Shown piece after piece: positions 28,110 through 40,900 of a DNA stretch of 64,000 bases. Both the position numbers and the translations under genes were made by a program. Position 1 is the stretch's first letter; each line of letters starts with the position of its first letter. Source of the DNA: Bugula neritina (taxonomy: Eukaryota; Animalia; Bryozoa); contig OZ037767.1 of assembly GCA_964035545.1 (NCBI GenBank), positions 3,798,707 to 3,862,706 of the forward strand, written 5' to 3'. A model generated the notes under the pieces. The model was not told the DNA's origin and did not search any database. It saw only the letters and a program-made list of their open reading frames with translations.

Positions 28110-30229
28110 CTGTACCGAGTGTTACACAATTCTGTTCTATTCTTGTTAGACGATACAACATCAAAGCAGCAGCACAGCAGCCATCTACTTCTTAGAACTG
28201 ATAGGAGGGAATTGTATTCATAAGTCTAGAAGCTACCGGACGGACGGTCATCGCTCAAGCACAACAGCTAGACAGAGAGAGAGATAGAGGGTGTCCGTTG
28301 AGTTAGCTATGAAATAGAGTTAACCAAAACAATCCAAACAAAGTGAGTGAGAAAATAAGGTTTGGCCAATTTTAAAGAAAAGCTGTGAACCTTACAAGTG
28401 TCGATTAAGAGGCATGCTGAAGGGTTATAAGATCATACACACAGGGTTCGCATAGCCTAGAAAAATCACAAAATTTAGCTAAGCTTCCATTCTATGCTAC
28501 CGCCAAAGTAAATAAAAGAGATGTAATTATCACCAGAATCTAGCAGTGTTTAGAAGCATACAAAGAGTGGTTACTGAAAAATACATTGTTTACAGTTTAG
28601 GAAATTTGTGATATCAGCAGATAAAAAAATCTTTATAGCTCGCTTGTGCATTGCAATAACTAAACTAGCCAATAATTAAAACACGGAAATGGCATTATAT
28701 CAAACATAGATTAGAAACACCAAACACAACTAATTATTGAAAGTTACAATTAGGCAAATAAGACCGAAAGTGACAACAGATGGCAAGGAAAAGTACCTGG
28801 TTCTAGACATAGGACTGGGTCACAAGTCAAAGAATTAAATTCAATTCACCATTTCCACCAAAGCACTTAACTAGCTAATGCATTGTGGATACTTGCAATA
28901 GAATTGCCTCCTTCACCAATATTTTTCATTCATAGGAAGGGCTTCAATATGCAAGTGGATCGAAGCCATTGATTTATTCTGATTCTGCTTTTTGTATGGA
29001 GGGGTCATAAATTTAATAAGAGACAACATCGCCAAGTTAGAACTTAACCATGCACATAGTGAGAGGCTTTCAGGAAACATTCACATAGCTACAATAGAAA
29101 AAAAAAACTTTTTTCAGACTTGGGATTGCATTGTGGGGTTGTAGAATTCTTGAGCATCAAGGAAATGATGATCCAAAACATGGTTGCTTCTAGATTCCCA
29201 TTTTATTTAGCTGATGCGATTGAAGGCCAAAACTATTTTTAAAGTTCCAAGTGATTTTGCATCAACAAAAAGTTGTAAAAGACAACGAAGCTTTTCTTGG
29301 TTTCAGCATTGAGCGCCGTTCGTCTTAAATTCATCTGTAGGTAAGGTAAAAAACCATAAAAAATAAATTTACTTTTAATGATTCTTAAAATTAGCTCCAA
29401 CAAGCTACCCCAGGAAAAAATTTAATTGCGTCAAATTTATGATCACTTCTGTACATTAACGATAGTTTTACCAAAATTTAACTCTGTATTTGTGCTTTAC
29501 AGTTGCAGCTATCGACTCGGAACACTTTAAATCACAAAACTTTTCATGACTTAAGCTAGGTTTGTTGAATTTGAAGCAAACTAAAATAACTTACAGAGTA
29601 ATATAAAATCAAATTTAAAATTGAATATAGTTTATATACTAATAATACACCAAATTGAAATCTAATGCTTATGCATACTTTCAACTGCTACACTAACACT
29701 TATTCTTACTGTTAACACTAAGTCCAACAGTAACAGTAACACTAATGACTAACTAGAACTAGAATTAGAATTATTGAATTTGATAAACCTACACTGACAG
29801 GCTACAAGTACATTTCACAACTAAAACTTTTAGTTTTAAAAAAGTTAACTAAAAGTAAAACTAATAAAATAATCATAATTTAAATTACAATGATGATAAT
29901 CAAAACATGAACACTAATCATAAAAATAACTCTAAATGATTACTAACTCATCATGATCAGATTCAAAATGATATTCATATTCATATTGATAATCATTATC
30001 ATAAACTTAAAGAAACTAGAAAGTATTAAGTAGAAACTGAAAGTCAGTCAAAGTTACCAAACTCAAACTGCTTCTGTGGTTTGTAACAACCCATGTCAAT
30101 ATTTCCATCAAATATTGAAACATAAACAGCTGAGTACAACAGGAACATTACAAATGATGGATAAGTTTTTTGTTATACTAAAAAGAAACAATATTTCATA
30201 ATTATAAAGAAATGAAAACACTATTGCAC

Positions 30230-30290
30230 TTGCCTTCGCAATGGCTTCAACTAGCTGACGTATGCTACATAAATAACGATGACGTCATAT
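30230..30290. promoter_or_regulatory. CRE/ATF-containing promoter-like region, possibly driving the minus-strand ncRNA
   Basis: Perfect TGACGTCA at 30280-30287, a half-site TGACGT at ~30257 and a C/EBP-like TTCGCAAT at ~30235. Confidence 0.4.
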
Positions 30291-31079
30291 TTATTAATAC
30301 GCTTGATAATATTGTAAAATTGTCTACATTATTTTTGTTATATATAAAAAATAGAAACAATTACAGTAGTTATTTTAATTTATTATTATTAATATTTAAT
30401 TTAACAATAGCAACAAAACATACATGCACTTTACAACTAATTTTAAATTGTTTTACTTAGCGTATTGACTAGTTCAAAGTGGTAAACGGCAAGTTTTGTA
30501 TAGGAAAGACAACTTCGGTTATGAACTTCATGTTTTACATGCATAACGTATGCAATGGCATTAGTATTTACATAATTAATAACTTGGATTTGTAATCAAA
30601 TTGTATAATGGTTTGTTCTGCTCCGTATACATAAGCATGAAGCAATAGACATAATGCAGTAGGTTGTTCACAATTACTTTGAAATCCCATGGCTTGTTCT
30701 TTTGCTTGATATTTTATAAAAATTATCAAATTGAAATTTTAGGGTATACTTGAAAGCCAGGTGACAATCTCAATAAGCTGCTACAAAATATAACATCAAA
30801 ACAACCATGTGTAATTAAATGTGTGAATTATATTCTGTGCACATGTAACAGCAGACCAGCATTTGCGACTTATAGCTGCTGCACTTTATTTCTATAAAAA
30901 TAATATAGCTAATTCTTCTGTTATAGAATTATAATCTTGTATTGCTAAACTTCAAGATAGTTAATTACAATGTAATTACTATGTGTGAACTATGAAGCTC
31001 AAATAGTAACACCAGAATTAATAAAAGGTCCTCACTAATAGTTTCACTGAAATCACTTTTAGAGTTAGAAATGTTAATT

Positions 31080-31147
31080 ATGTTATATATATAACTACAT
31101 ATATATAACTATATATATATATATATATAACTATATATATATATATA

Positions 31148-31214
<67 letters not shown>

Positions 31215-31221
31215 ATGTATG

Positions 31222-31290
<69 letters not shown>

Positions 31291-31346
31291 ATGTATGTAT
31301 GTATATATATATATATATATGTGTGTATGTATGTATGTATATATAT

Positions 31347-31404
<58 letters not shown>

Positions 31405-31452
31405 GTGTATGTATGTATGTGTGTATATGTGTATAAATGTATGTGTGTATAC
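31080..31452. repeat. Compound (TA)n/(TG)n/(TATG)n microsatellite
   Basis: Directly visible. It explains the spurious YI/HT/CV ORFs in the track. Confidence 0.97.
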
Positions 31453-31948
31453 ACTTACTTCAGCTACCACAGTATACATTGCTAAAAGTCAAACTCATTA
31501 CACAGGGAATATAATATTTTGCCAATAAATACAACTATTGCTATAAAGTATGTCATCTATATCATCATTTATTATTTTAAAAATTAGCACTGCCAGAAAC
31601 TAGATAGTAAACAACTTCAAAGAAAGCTAAAATATTGTATGTTTATTACTCAAACCTTCTTGGCACTGCTACAAGCTATCTAGAGATTTTTTACACATTG
31701 ATGAACTTATATAAAAACCTATTACACACAGTATTATATAATTAAGTATATAAATATGACACATCTATTAATCTACACTCTGCTCACTAGCTCACAGCTG
31801 ATTAAAATATGGCTAAATAAATTGCTATATATCTTAGATATTATAAATACATTGTTCACAGAATGTACAATTGCTTTATACATAGGCCTATAGGGCATGC
31901 ATGAACAATGCTGTGGTTATGTACAAAATAGGCTCTAAATTCGGTTGA

Positions 31949-34900
31949 TTACATCAGCAATTCATCATCCATATTAGCTGCGGCCATATATGCATCTAAT
32001 TCATTGTCCAATGAAGACTTGTTAGCTGTATTAGCTCCGCCTCCTCTCCCACCACGTCGAGCGCCACGCCCCCTGCCTCTTACAGCACCTCTCCCACCTC
32101 TACCGGTACCTCTACCCCTACCACCACGCCTGTGTAACAATGAATGGCATTCATCATATAGATATGCACACATATATATACCTATAATATAACTTATTGA
32201 GTACAGTTGTGGACATGCTGCAAGTGGTGCACGGGTTTACCATACTTCACGAAAAACCCTGCAACAGTAGAAAATATTTACCACAGCCTAGTAGAATTCT
32301 ACAAAGCACAACCTCATTTTCTAGGAAACATAAAACCTGCTACATTCATAGGAAGCATGTGCTAGGTGTGAGAATGACATATTGATTTACCCCCTTGAGT
32401 TTTCAAATGTCATAGATTGTTGAAAGCCTTCTCTAGATCCGCCCCTGAATGCTCCTCGCCCGCGACTGACACCTCTTTGGGGCCCCATAGCTGCACCCCT
32501 TCTACCTGAATCAGGAAAATCATGCTGTCAACATTCAATTTCCTAAACTTAGATATAGTCTTAATGAATTTTAGAATTATCACTTACAACAGTTAAAGAT
32601 ATTTACAACAGGTGATAGCATAGTTAATGGGGTTATAAAATGAGAGAGATGTTGATAGCCTTTGCTAGCTAAAGCTGATATGGCGGGCAGTTGGTAGGAC
32701 CCCCTCTCTCTTCTGTCAGAGTGATAAGATACCGTACGCAGATATCGCCAGTAAATTCCTTCTTTAAAACATGACACCAACTAACAGTACGTGCATTTGT
32801 TGTGAAAAATCAACCAACCTCCACGTCCTCTCATAGACACGCCCCTTCCTCTTCTAGTCACTCCCCCTCGACCTCTTGGAATACCTAGTCTCTCTATAAA
32901 AGACACGGGACAAACAAATAGAGAGCTTGGTTATAAAATGTCAAAACATCTTAAGACACTTACTACTACAAGTTGAGGATTGATTGTAATACTAGCTATA
33001 TTATGTTAGATGCTATACTCACTATACTATGTTAGATGCTATACTAAGTTAGATGCTATAATAGGCTAGATGCTATACTACTTTAGATGCTATACTATGT
33101 TAGCTGCTATACTATGTTAGCTGCTATACTAGGTTAGCTACTCTACCTTTCACATCAGATACTGGTGAAGCCAGAGCGGCACCACCGCGAGGACCCCCTC
33201 GCCCTCCCCTGCCTCTGCCACGCAATGTCATGCGGGACCTGAGGGCAGGCCTCCTGCTTGCCGGGGCTCCCCTCCCTCTACCAGAGAAAGATGGCCGTCC
33301 GTCTCCAGCACCACCTCGGCCAGAGGGCTCTGACTTGACCTATTTAGTAGAAAGGAATTCATGTTACATAGTGATAGCCTGTGAGAATATAATTATTCAT
33401 TCTCTTACCTGACTTACTCTATTATGAACACAACTAAACAATGCATTGGTATTGCAAATGGAGTGTACGTATTTAAAATCTAAAATGTTGAAACATCTCC
33501 GAAGTTATCTTCTCGTAAACCATAGCAAACTTAAGCTATAGAACTTCAAGTATTACACAGAATATCACTTAGAAAAGGCAAGTCAATGTCATACCAACTT
33601 TACAAAGTGATATGACAGCGATGTAAGTTTACAGCTGGTAACATTCTACTTAAAATTAGCAGAATAACTTGGCAATTACTAAACACCAGGAAATAAGAAC
33701 CATTAGAAGAGGCGTATTTTACTACTTAGCATAGCATAGTCTATTTCAACAAGAATAATGACATTGTTTCTATAGTTGGTGAGATGTACATTTCTACAAG
33801 AGATTAGTTGATTCCAAGGTGAAGGTCTGAGCCATGGTGCTTTCTTCTGATGTAAAGACAACTCCAAATAATAATCATCTGAATAAATGTAAAGATAATG
33901 CTAGTTGATTAGCTACCAGAGAATGCCGGTTTCTAGCGAGTACAGATAATGACATAATAACCCGTACCTGGGAGGAATTTCCCAATGCTAGCTGCACACT
34001 CGGCCGGTTGGCCATCTGCGCTGCCAGTCTTCTGTTTTTTGCCGAGGCTTGCTGCTGAAGGATCCTCTGTTGCTGACTTTGCTTCTGGCGGGCATCTTGC
34101 TGGGCTGGTGTCGGTTTGGGCAGCTTCTGGAACCTGCGAGTCAAGGTCGTTTAACATGCACACCACGAAACTTAGAAAAGTGAATCCCTATTGGTCAGCT
34201 TACAACAAAACTTAAGATCTTATTGGTCAGCAAACTGCATTAGAGCTGCCAACCTGTTGGGGTGATTAAGGAATACACAGTCCTTATAAAAACACACACT
34301 TATTAGAGTTCATATTCCCATAAAGTTGTGTTTTAATATACATTATTTTTTACTTCAAATCAGCAAATAAATGCCAAGAGAGGCAGTTTTATCTGTATGA
34401 AGACGGTTTTGGAAAGGTGAGGATTTATTTCAGCCATAGAACTTGGCACAATGGTAGCCTCTGCCACACAAGTATTTGCAATAACACGACAGTATTACAG
34501 CAAACAGGGTGAATGGCTACACAATATGATATTCACCCAAAATTCTACACGCTAATAGTTTTGTACCAACTCTTGGTGGTGAAGTCAAATGAGGCCACTC
34601 ATTGGTGCTTGGTGAAAGAATTACAGGTTTTAACGCCAGTCAAATATAGGAGAAAATAACTCCTGCATCTATGATGTAAGCGTGTTTTGCTTGCAATAGA
34701 ACATGGCATACAGCATGTGACCATTTTACCAGAGTAACTGAACTGTATATGTATCAAGTCTTAGGTTCATATCCCAGACAGACCTGTAATGAGTCAGAGC
34801 TGACACCACACTGCAAGTGCTTGTGAGCTCTCAGAGATCAGATAGATGCAAGAGAAAGCAAACTTATAATTATTAGAGAATCGTGAAGCAGGTATGAACC

Positions 34901-35223
34901 AGAAAGCCTCTACTCTATTAGCATACCAGATGCTACGAGTTTGACAAGCTGCTTGGCTTAGCTGCTACGGAAAACAGTAAGTCAGCTGGCAGTTTTCTGC
35001 TTTTGATTGGTGCATTTTTTGGTTATAATGTAACCAACCAATCACAGCTTTGCCTTATAAATCAGGTTATCAATGATGAAATCATTGACCATATTGCTGA
35101 ATACATGTTCCGTATAGGATCAGTGTAGACCTGATCTACAGTTAGCTTGTCACCTCACCTTTCATTCAATGAAATTCTTGAAGTGCCTTCGAGCACTAGC
35201 TTAACAGGCATATTACTTGCCAT
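31949..35223 (-). CDS. CHTOP: Chromatin target of PRMT1 (CHTOP/FOP), RGG-rich mRNA-export cofactor
   Basis: Exons 35223-35159, 34133-33968, 33339-33147, 32893-32819, 32504-32391 and 32129-31949 join in frame. N-terminus MASNMPVKLVLEGTSRISLNERF..QQQASAKNRRLAAQMANRPSVQLAL, central RGG/GAR region, C-terminal UAP56-binding-type motif SLDNELDAYMA. Confidence 0.93.
33000..33140. repeat. 17-bp minisatellite in a CHTOP intron
   Basis: Repeated unit gttag(a/c)tgctatactat, about 7 copies. Confidence 0.8.
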
Positions 35224-35826
35224 TTTGAAACCTAAAGGGTAAAAAGAAAAACAAAGAACATCTAAATTATTTCATTTAAATACCTATTGGATATGATAAA
35301 CGAGTTCTGTTTCCGTTTTATATTTTACGATTATCAAAGTGCCAGTGCACAACCAATAATAGAAGCAATCGTATCAGATTGCAAACTTTGCTTTATAATT
35401 TGCTGCAAATACTTTAACTTTAAGTTGGGTTTAAAAATGTCAAAAATTGCTTTGCTGCTCTGATGGAGGCCAACTAAAGAGGCCAGCATGGCTTGGGGCC
35501 ATGTAGCGGTATCCCAGAGTACCTTCTGATGAATTTTTACCACTACATAGTAATACTGATAGTCAATATTAATATTATACTATCATTAATAAAGTATTAG
35601 CATTACAATTACTATAAAATTTAAGACATAATCATAATGATAATAACTCCAACTCCAAGTATCATAACAACCATAAACACAGTGTCTGGACATGAATAAT
35701 AATTAATGTAAACTCATAGTAATAGTAATGATAACAGATGAGGTCAAACATAATCGTTAATCATAAAACTCTAACTACTAACTAGTGCTACTGCCTACTA
35801 TAACTATTGGTATTAGTGTTAACAAG

Positions 35827-36383
35827 CAGGGTTGGGGTCAATTACATGTGAATGTAATTAATTACAATTACAAGAAAATTTGACAATTACAATTATAATT
35901 ACAGTTTAAAGTAATTTAATTAATTACAATTATACGGCAATGTAACTAATTAAAATTACAATTACTTTTGTTCTCACAAGGGATAAATAGAAGTTATGCA
36001 ATCTAACTTTTAGGGTTCAACTACCAGGGGCAATTTTGACAGTGGTGAACTTTTTTTGTTCTTAACAGTGATACTATACCACATTGACTTAAGCTGAACT
36101 TGTTATTTAGCAGTAGGTATGGTAGAAAAAGTATGAGATTTTCAAGATTTTTAAGTTTGAAGTAATTAACATGTAATGATAAAGTAATTGTAAAAATTAA
36201 TTACATTAGATATGTAATTAATTACCATTAAAAATACATTTTTATACTTCAATTACAAATTACATCCGATTACTTGAAATATGCAATTATTATAATTATT
36301 AATTACAACAAATTACTATTACTATTAGTATTAGAATTACTATTACTGTATTACTATTACAAATTACAATTACCCCAACCCTG
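35827..36383. mobile_element. Non-autonomous hAT-like MITE upstream of the CHTOP start codon (likely 5' UTR intron)
   Basis: TIRs CAGGGTTGGGGT...ACCCCAACCCTG, internal aattac repeats, and a degenerate 8-bp TSD (ttaacaag / ctaacgag). Confidence 0.75.
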
Positions 36384-37394
36384 CTAACGAGTAAGTGTAA
36401 CTCAAGTCTGATGCATATCAAATTCAATGATTTGAGTTACACTATGAATATAAGTATGACTATAGTATTACTATTTCAGTATCTGTATTAAAAGAATTGA
36501 GATTAAAATAGTTAAACAAAATGAAAATTATGTTGATGTAATTGTATACTTATACTAAATCTAATACTCATAGTGTGAGTATATTACTATTAGTATTATT
36601 TATAATTATATTACACTTACTCTTAGTATTACTATTAGTATTAGACTTACACTTACAGTTACTCTTGTAGTACTAGTTGTACGAGTCAGAGTGTCAGTGT
36701 CGGTGTGAGTGTAGGATAGAAAAAATAAAACCAAGTTCCAGAATAAATTAGTTGGCTACGTTGATACCTACTCACAGTTAAGTAAAAGTAAATTTAATGG
36801 CAGCTACTAGTACTTCTACTTGACGCAGAGGTGTAGGGTTTATGCAAAGAGTTGAAGTTAGCAATGGGTTGAACTTGAAGTTAAAAGATCACACTGAAAG
36901 TTAATAAATAAATCACACTGGATTCGTGGGACTTTTATAAAAATTGGAGCCGCTATGCTTATAGAAGTTTGATTTAATAATCTGACGTTTTATGTCTAAA
37001 TAAATGAGCAAAACTACGTTCTGAGGTTATCAAATGATCCGAATAACATAAAGGGTGTAATAATTTAAGGCTTCGAAGACGTCACATGTTCTGTAACAGA
37101 CTAGTAAAGTAAAAGCCGACAACTCCGACTAATATACACATAATAAATGCAACATTACATAGTAACTACTATAATATTGTAGTAATTTGTGCAATTACTG
37201 AGCGTGAGTTATCTACTTGCGTATAGTTAGTTGGTTATTCTGCTAGTAATTAATAGGGTAGCTGTCGAGTAATTATATTTATTATCCACAATAAAGCATA
37301 AAACAAACATCACATCAAATTATCCTATACATCAGTCAACTACTAACACATGTTACTACTTCAAGCCTCCGCTTACAACAACGTGATATAATGT

Positions 37395-37445
37395 TAATAA
37401 CCCGGGAAGTGTCACGTGAACCGGAAGCATATCTTCCGGAGCTGC
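37395..37445. promoter_or_regulatory. Probable CHTOP promoter (ETS/GABP and E-box motifs)
   Basis: CpG-containing patch with GGAAGT, TCACGTGA, CCGGAAG and CTTCCGG, lying between the TRIM copy 1 3' end and CHTOP. Confidence 0.5.
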
Positions 37446-37970
37446 TAATTGGTTGCTACATAAGGGTCTTAGTATTCCAAGAGTAGAGAGAGGGCGATTC
37501 CCGTATTTGTACTTTGCACTACTCACTACAATATGCATTATTTTATTGTAATTAGACATTTTATTGTGTTTTTGACATTTAGATCAAGCTGAGGGATTGG
37601 TTTAGCAAGCACAATTTAATTTAAGATTTGCATAATAATTCTAAACCAACAGTTCTTAAGGCACTTCAGCTCCCACATCTGCATTTCCTCTAATTATGAA
37701 TTGAGAATGTTTTATGTAGTGACTAAACTGTTTAGTGATACTAGAACTTTACTTCTATATGGGAATTGTATATAAAAACTCAATTTACATAAAAAGCTGT
37801 TTATTCAATTGATTTGCAGCAAATAAGTATCATATAGTTATGCAAACCTGTACATAACATTTATTACCATAAATTCAAAATAAACTTGTATACATTGTTA
37901 TATGAAAAAATATATATGTAAAAGAAACCATGAAAACCAGAGAATATAAATAAACTATAATAAGCATTAG

Positions 37971-40900
37971 TTACTCAATTTTAAAAACCCTCACAGTTCC
38001 GTCAGAGCTACACACTGCTAATATATCTCTCTTCACAGCAACACCAATCACATCAGAACATTCTTGAAGTTGCTCATGAGACAAGCGGGACACTATAATT
38101 CCTATTAAAAATATATTGTAGCATATAATTTATATAAATGACAAATCTATGTATTATTTACAGGACAAAGTTATAGATGTTACAATCTCATAATTGAAAA
38201 CCATTTACTATTTTGTTTTAAGAAACAAAATGATTAAACATATTATTTGGCGATTTTTAGCATAATAAAACTTTTCACCATTAAATAACTTCAACGCAGG
38301 TTTAAAAAAGTTTTTATCTTACACTGCTTGAAAATTATAAAAAATAATTCATCAGTATGATGTCTGGCAATTAATTTTTGCAACTAAATCATCACATGGT
38401 AATCTGTGTGAAGTAACTAAAGAGCTATCAGCATAATTAAAGATGTAGTCATTAACTTCAAAGGCTTGTAGTAAACCAGCTTTATTTTTATGCATATCAA
38501 TTGACATTTTCATGATGTATGCTATAATGAGATATGCTGAAAGTTGAATCAATCCAAATAAATTAAATACATACCACTTGAGTCTCTAGCTATGACTTGC
38601 TTGGGGTAACTGAGAATCTGGTAGTTGTATCCAAATGAGTCTTTAGATTTAGAGCAGCATAATATTTTGCAATCAACATTTTGTGTTGTCCTTTGAGCTA
38701 TTTTCTGGGTTACCCCTTTGGTAGATTTACCATTCATTTCAGAAAATCTTTCCTGCAACTGCACCCGTTGAAAAGTATTTTCCGTGCCAGGACTTGATTC
38801 AGCTTTTTTTAAAGCTGGATGATTTTTTTCATTTGTTGGATTGAAAAGTAGCTGGGCAGGTAAGGTGTGTGGCTGTGAAAAAAGATCTGGTCCGAAGTTA
38901 AAAGCCATCGGGTGACAAATATTGTCAGAAGTAGTGCTGTTGGCTATCAGCAGGGAAGACTCGTAACTTGACAAATCTGGTCTCCATACTTTTACAGCAA
39001 AAGAGTTTCCTTTCATATGAACTAAGTATTTGGCTGACAAGATTTCTGTTACTGGATACTTTGCAATGGTAGAACTACACAGGCTGTAAACATACAGCTG
39101 CTTTTGACCAGACACAAGAAAAGCGACATATGTTTCAAAAACTACAACTGAAGCATCGGCAATAGGATTTGAATCTATCTGCAGCAACTCTTGCTTTACC
39201 CGTAAGCTAACAGTTGAATGCAGGTACAGAAAAATCTTCTTTTCTACTCGCTGCAGGCTTACAAGCCCATCACAGGTTACCAGGGGTGCAATGTCAAGCA
39301 GATGACCAGTAGCCTTGTCTGTTCCCAAATGATTTAGCTTTGAGTCGTAAATATGCATTTGGTCATGCACAGTTGTAAGTACTAGGTTATCGTTGAAAGT
39401 CCACATCATAGATTTTATATCTTTAATCAACACTTTTTTCAGAACGAGCTCCAAGTTCTCTGGCTTGAATGGCTCTATGGCAAAATGTGGTGTATCTAGA
39501 AACAGATGAGTGTAATACATATAGGCTATTATATGCAATGACTCACATACTAATTGAAATTTATGACAGTTTAATGGATGTCAGAGTCAGAATTTCACAG
39601 AAATAGTTCACAATGGTTTGGAAAAAATCGTCTGATAGGTGAATTATCGTTATAGCAGTAAGTTATATTGCAAGAGTTATCGTAGCAATCCAAGTGGATA
39701 TAAAGATGATAAACAGTCATGATTTATCTGATAATCTTTCTAGTACCTTATTCACTTAAAACAATACCTAAGATTAACTGTTCAAAATACCTGAAATATC
39801 ATGGAAACATGTTTATAGCTGGTCAAGGCATGACTGGAAGATCGATACTACATCAGTATTACTTAGAAATGAATGCAAATTTTTAACTTTATAGCAAGAA
39901 TATAGAGATCTTGAATATTCAATGCTAGCGAAATCAATTCAAACTTGAGCTAACAACATTTTTTATTGCTGCCCAAATAAATAGTTACTAACATGAACGG
40001 CACTGTATGCTTGTATTTTCAAGCGCCATATATTTGATGTTTTTCTGTAGGGCTGCTTCTACATCTCCTTTTTGTTCATGCAGTGTTCTAATGATATCTG
40101 GAAGACTACTTTCCTCGCTACATTGAGTCAGAACTTGTTCCAAAGTCTTTAGATTCACCATTTGTGATTCTATCTTCAGTGAGTGGCTAGCAGCTTTCTC
40201 CGAGTGGTCAGTCACTTTGGCAATGAGTTGCTGCTTGAATTCCTCTGCCTTCGTAATCATCTTTTTGTACTTTAAACATACACCAGCAGATTTTCAACAA
40301 ATTGGCTGAAAGATTATTTGTTAAAAACAAAACATAGAAATGACAAAGTGACAAAAACCATATTGCCAAGTGAATTAGTTTTTCCGGATATCCTATAAGA
40401 TATAGCTTTAAAGCAGTCGGAAATCAAGATTGTGAAAGAATTATTTGTTTCTCTTTTGAAAATTAAAGAAAAATATGTAACAATAAGTTTTATTTCTTTC
40501 AAGCAAAAATGATCTTTTTAGTTCATTTATACAAACTATGCAAATATAAATTTTGCATTTAATTTTTTTATATGCATGCGCAGTCAATGTAAGTTGTAAA
40601 TCTAAAAACTAAATATTAATTTATACCTCCTTTTCTACAAAATCATCTACTTTGCCTGTCAGTTTTGTAATGTGTCGTTCATTTTCTTCTACCAATTGCC
40701 AAGCCTGTTTCTCACTTCTGCAAACTTCAGTTTGTTTTACAGCCAGCTCTGACAGTTGATTGTTGAGCATTTGTCTGCAGTGATTCTCAAAATTTTTGAG
40801 AGGAACTGTTTTGTGTGACTGAGAAAATCTCACTGCAAATATAACCAATGTGGCAACACCATTAATATATGTTTTAGATTAAAAATTGCAACATTAAGGC

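Larger units (their letters stand above)
13100..30250 (-). ncRNA. Putative multi-exon structured lncRNA / intronic RNA host gene (ends approximate)
   Basis: No credible ORF; two repeat-unit segments tested have stops in all three frames. Contains repeated minus-strand donor-like (GTAAGT/GTGAGT) and acceptor-like (TTTCAG/TTTTAG/TTGCAG) motifs, two families of conserved hairpin elements whose G-U pairs work only on the minus strand, and a CRE-containing promoter-like region at ~30.25 kb. Confidence 0.5.

Noticed and set aside
31078-31528. YI/HT/CV-rich ORFs (also 50784-51173)
   Set aside because: Microsatellite translation artefacts.
38352-38552. 66-aa ORF shared by TRIM copies 1 and 3
   Set aside because: It lies in the predicted last intron, is frameshifted in copy 2 (~48115) and has no clear splice sites.
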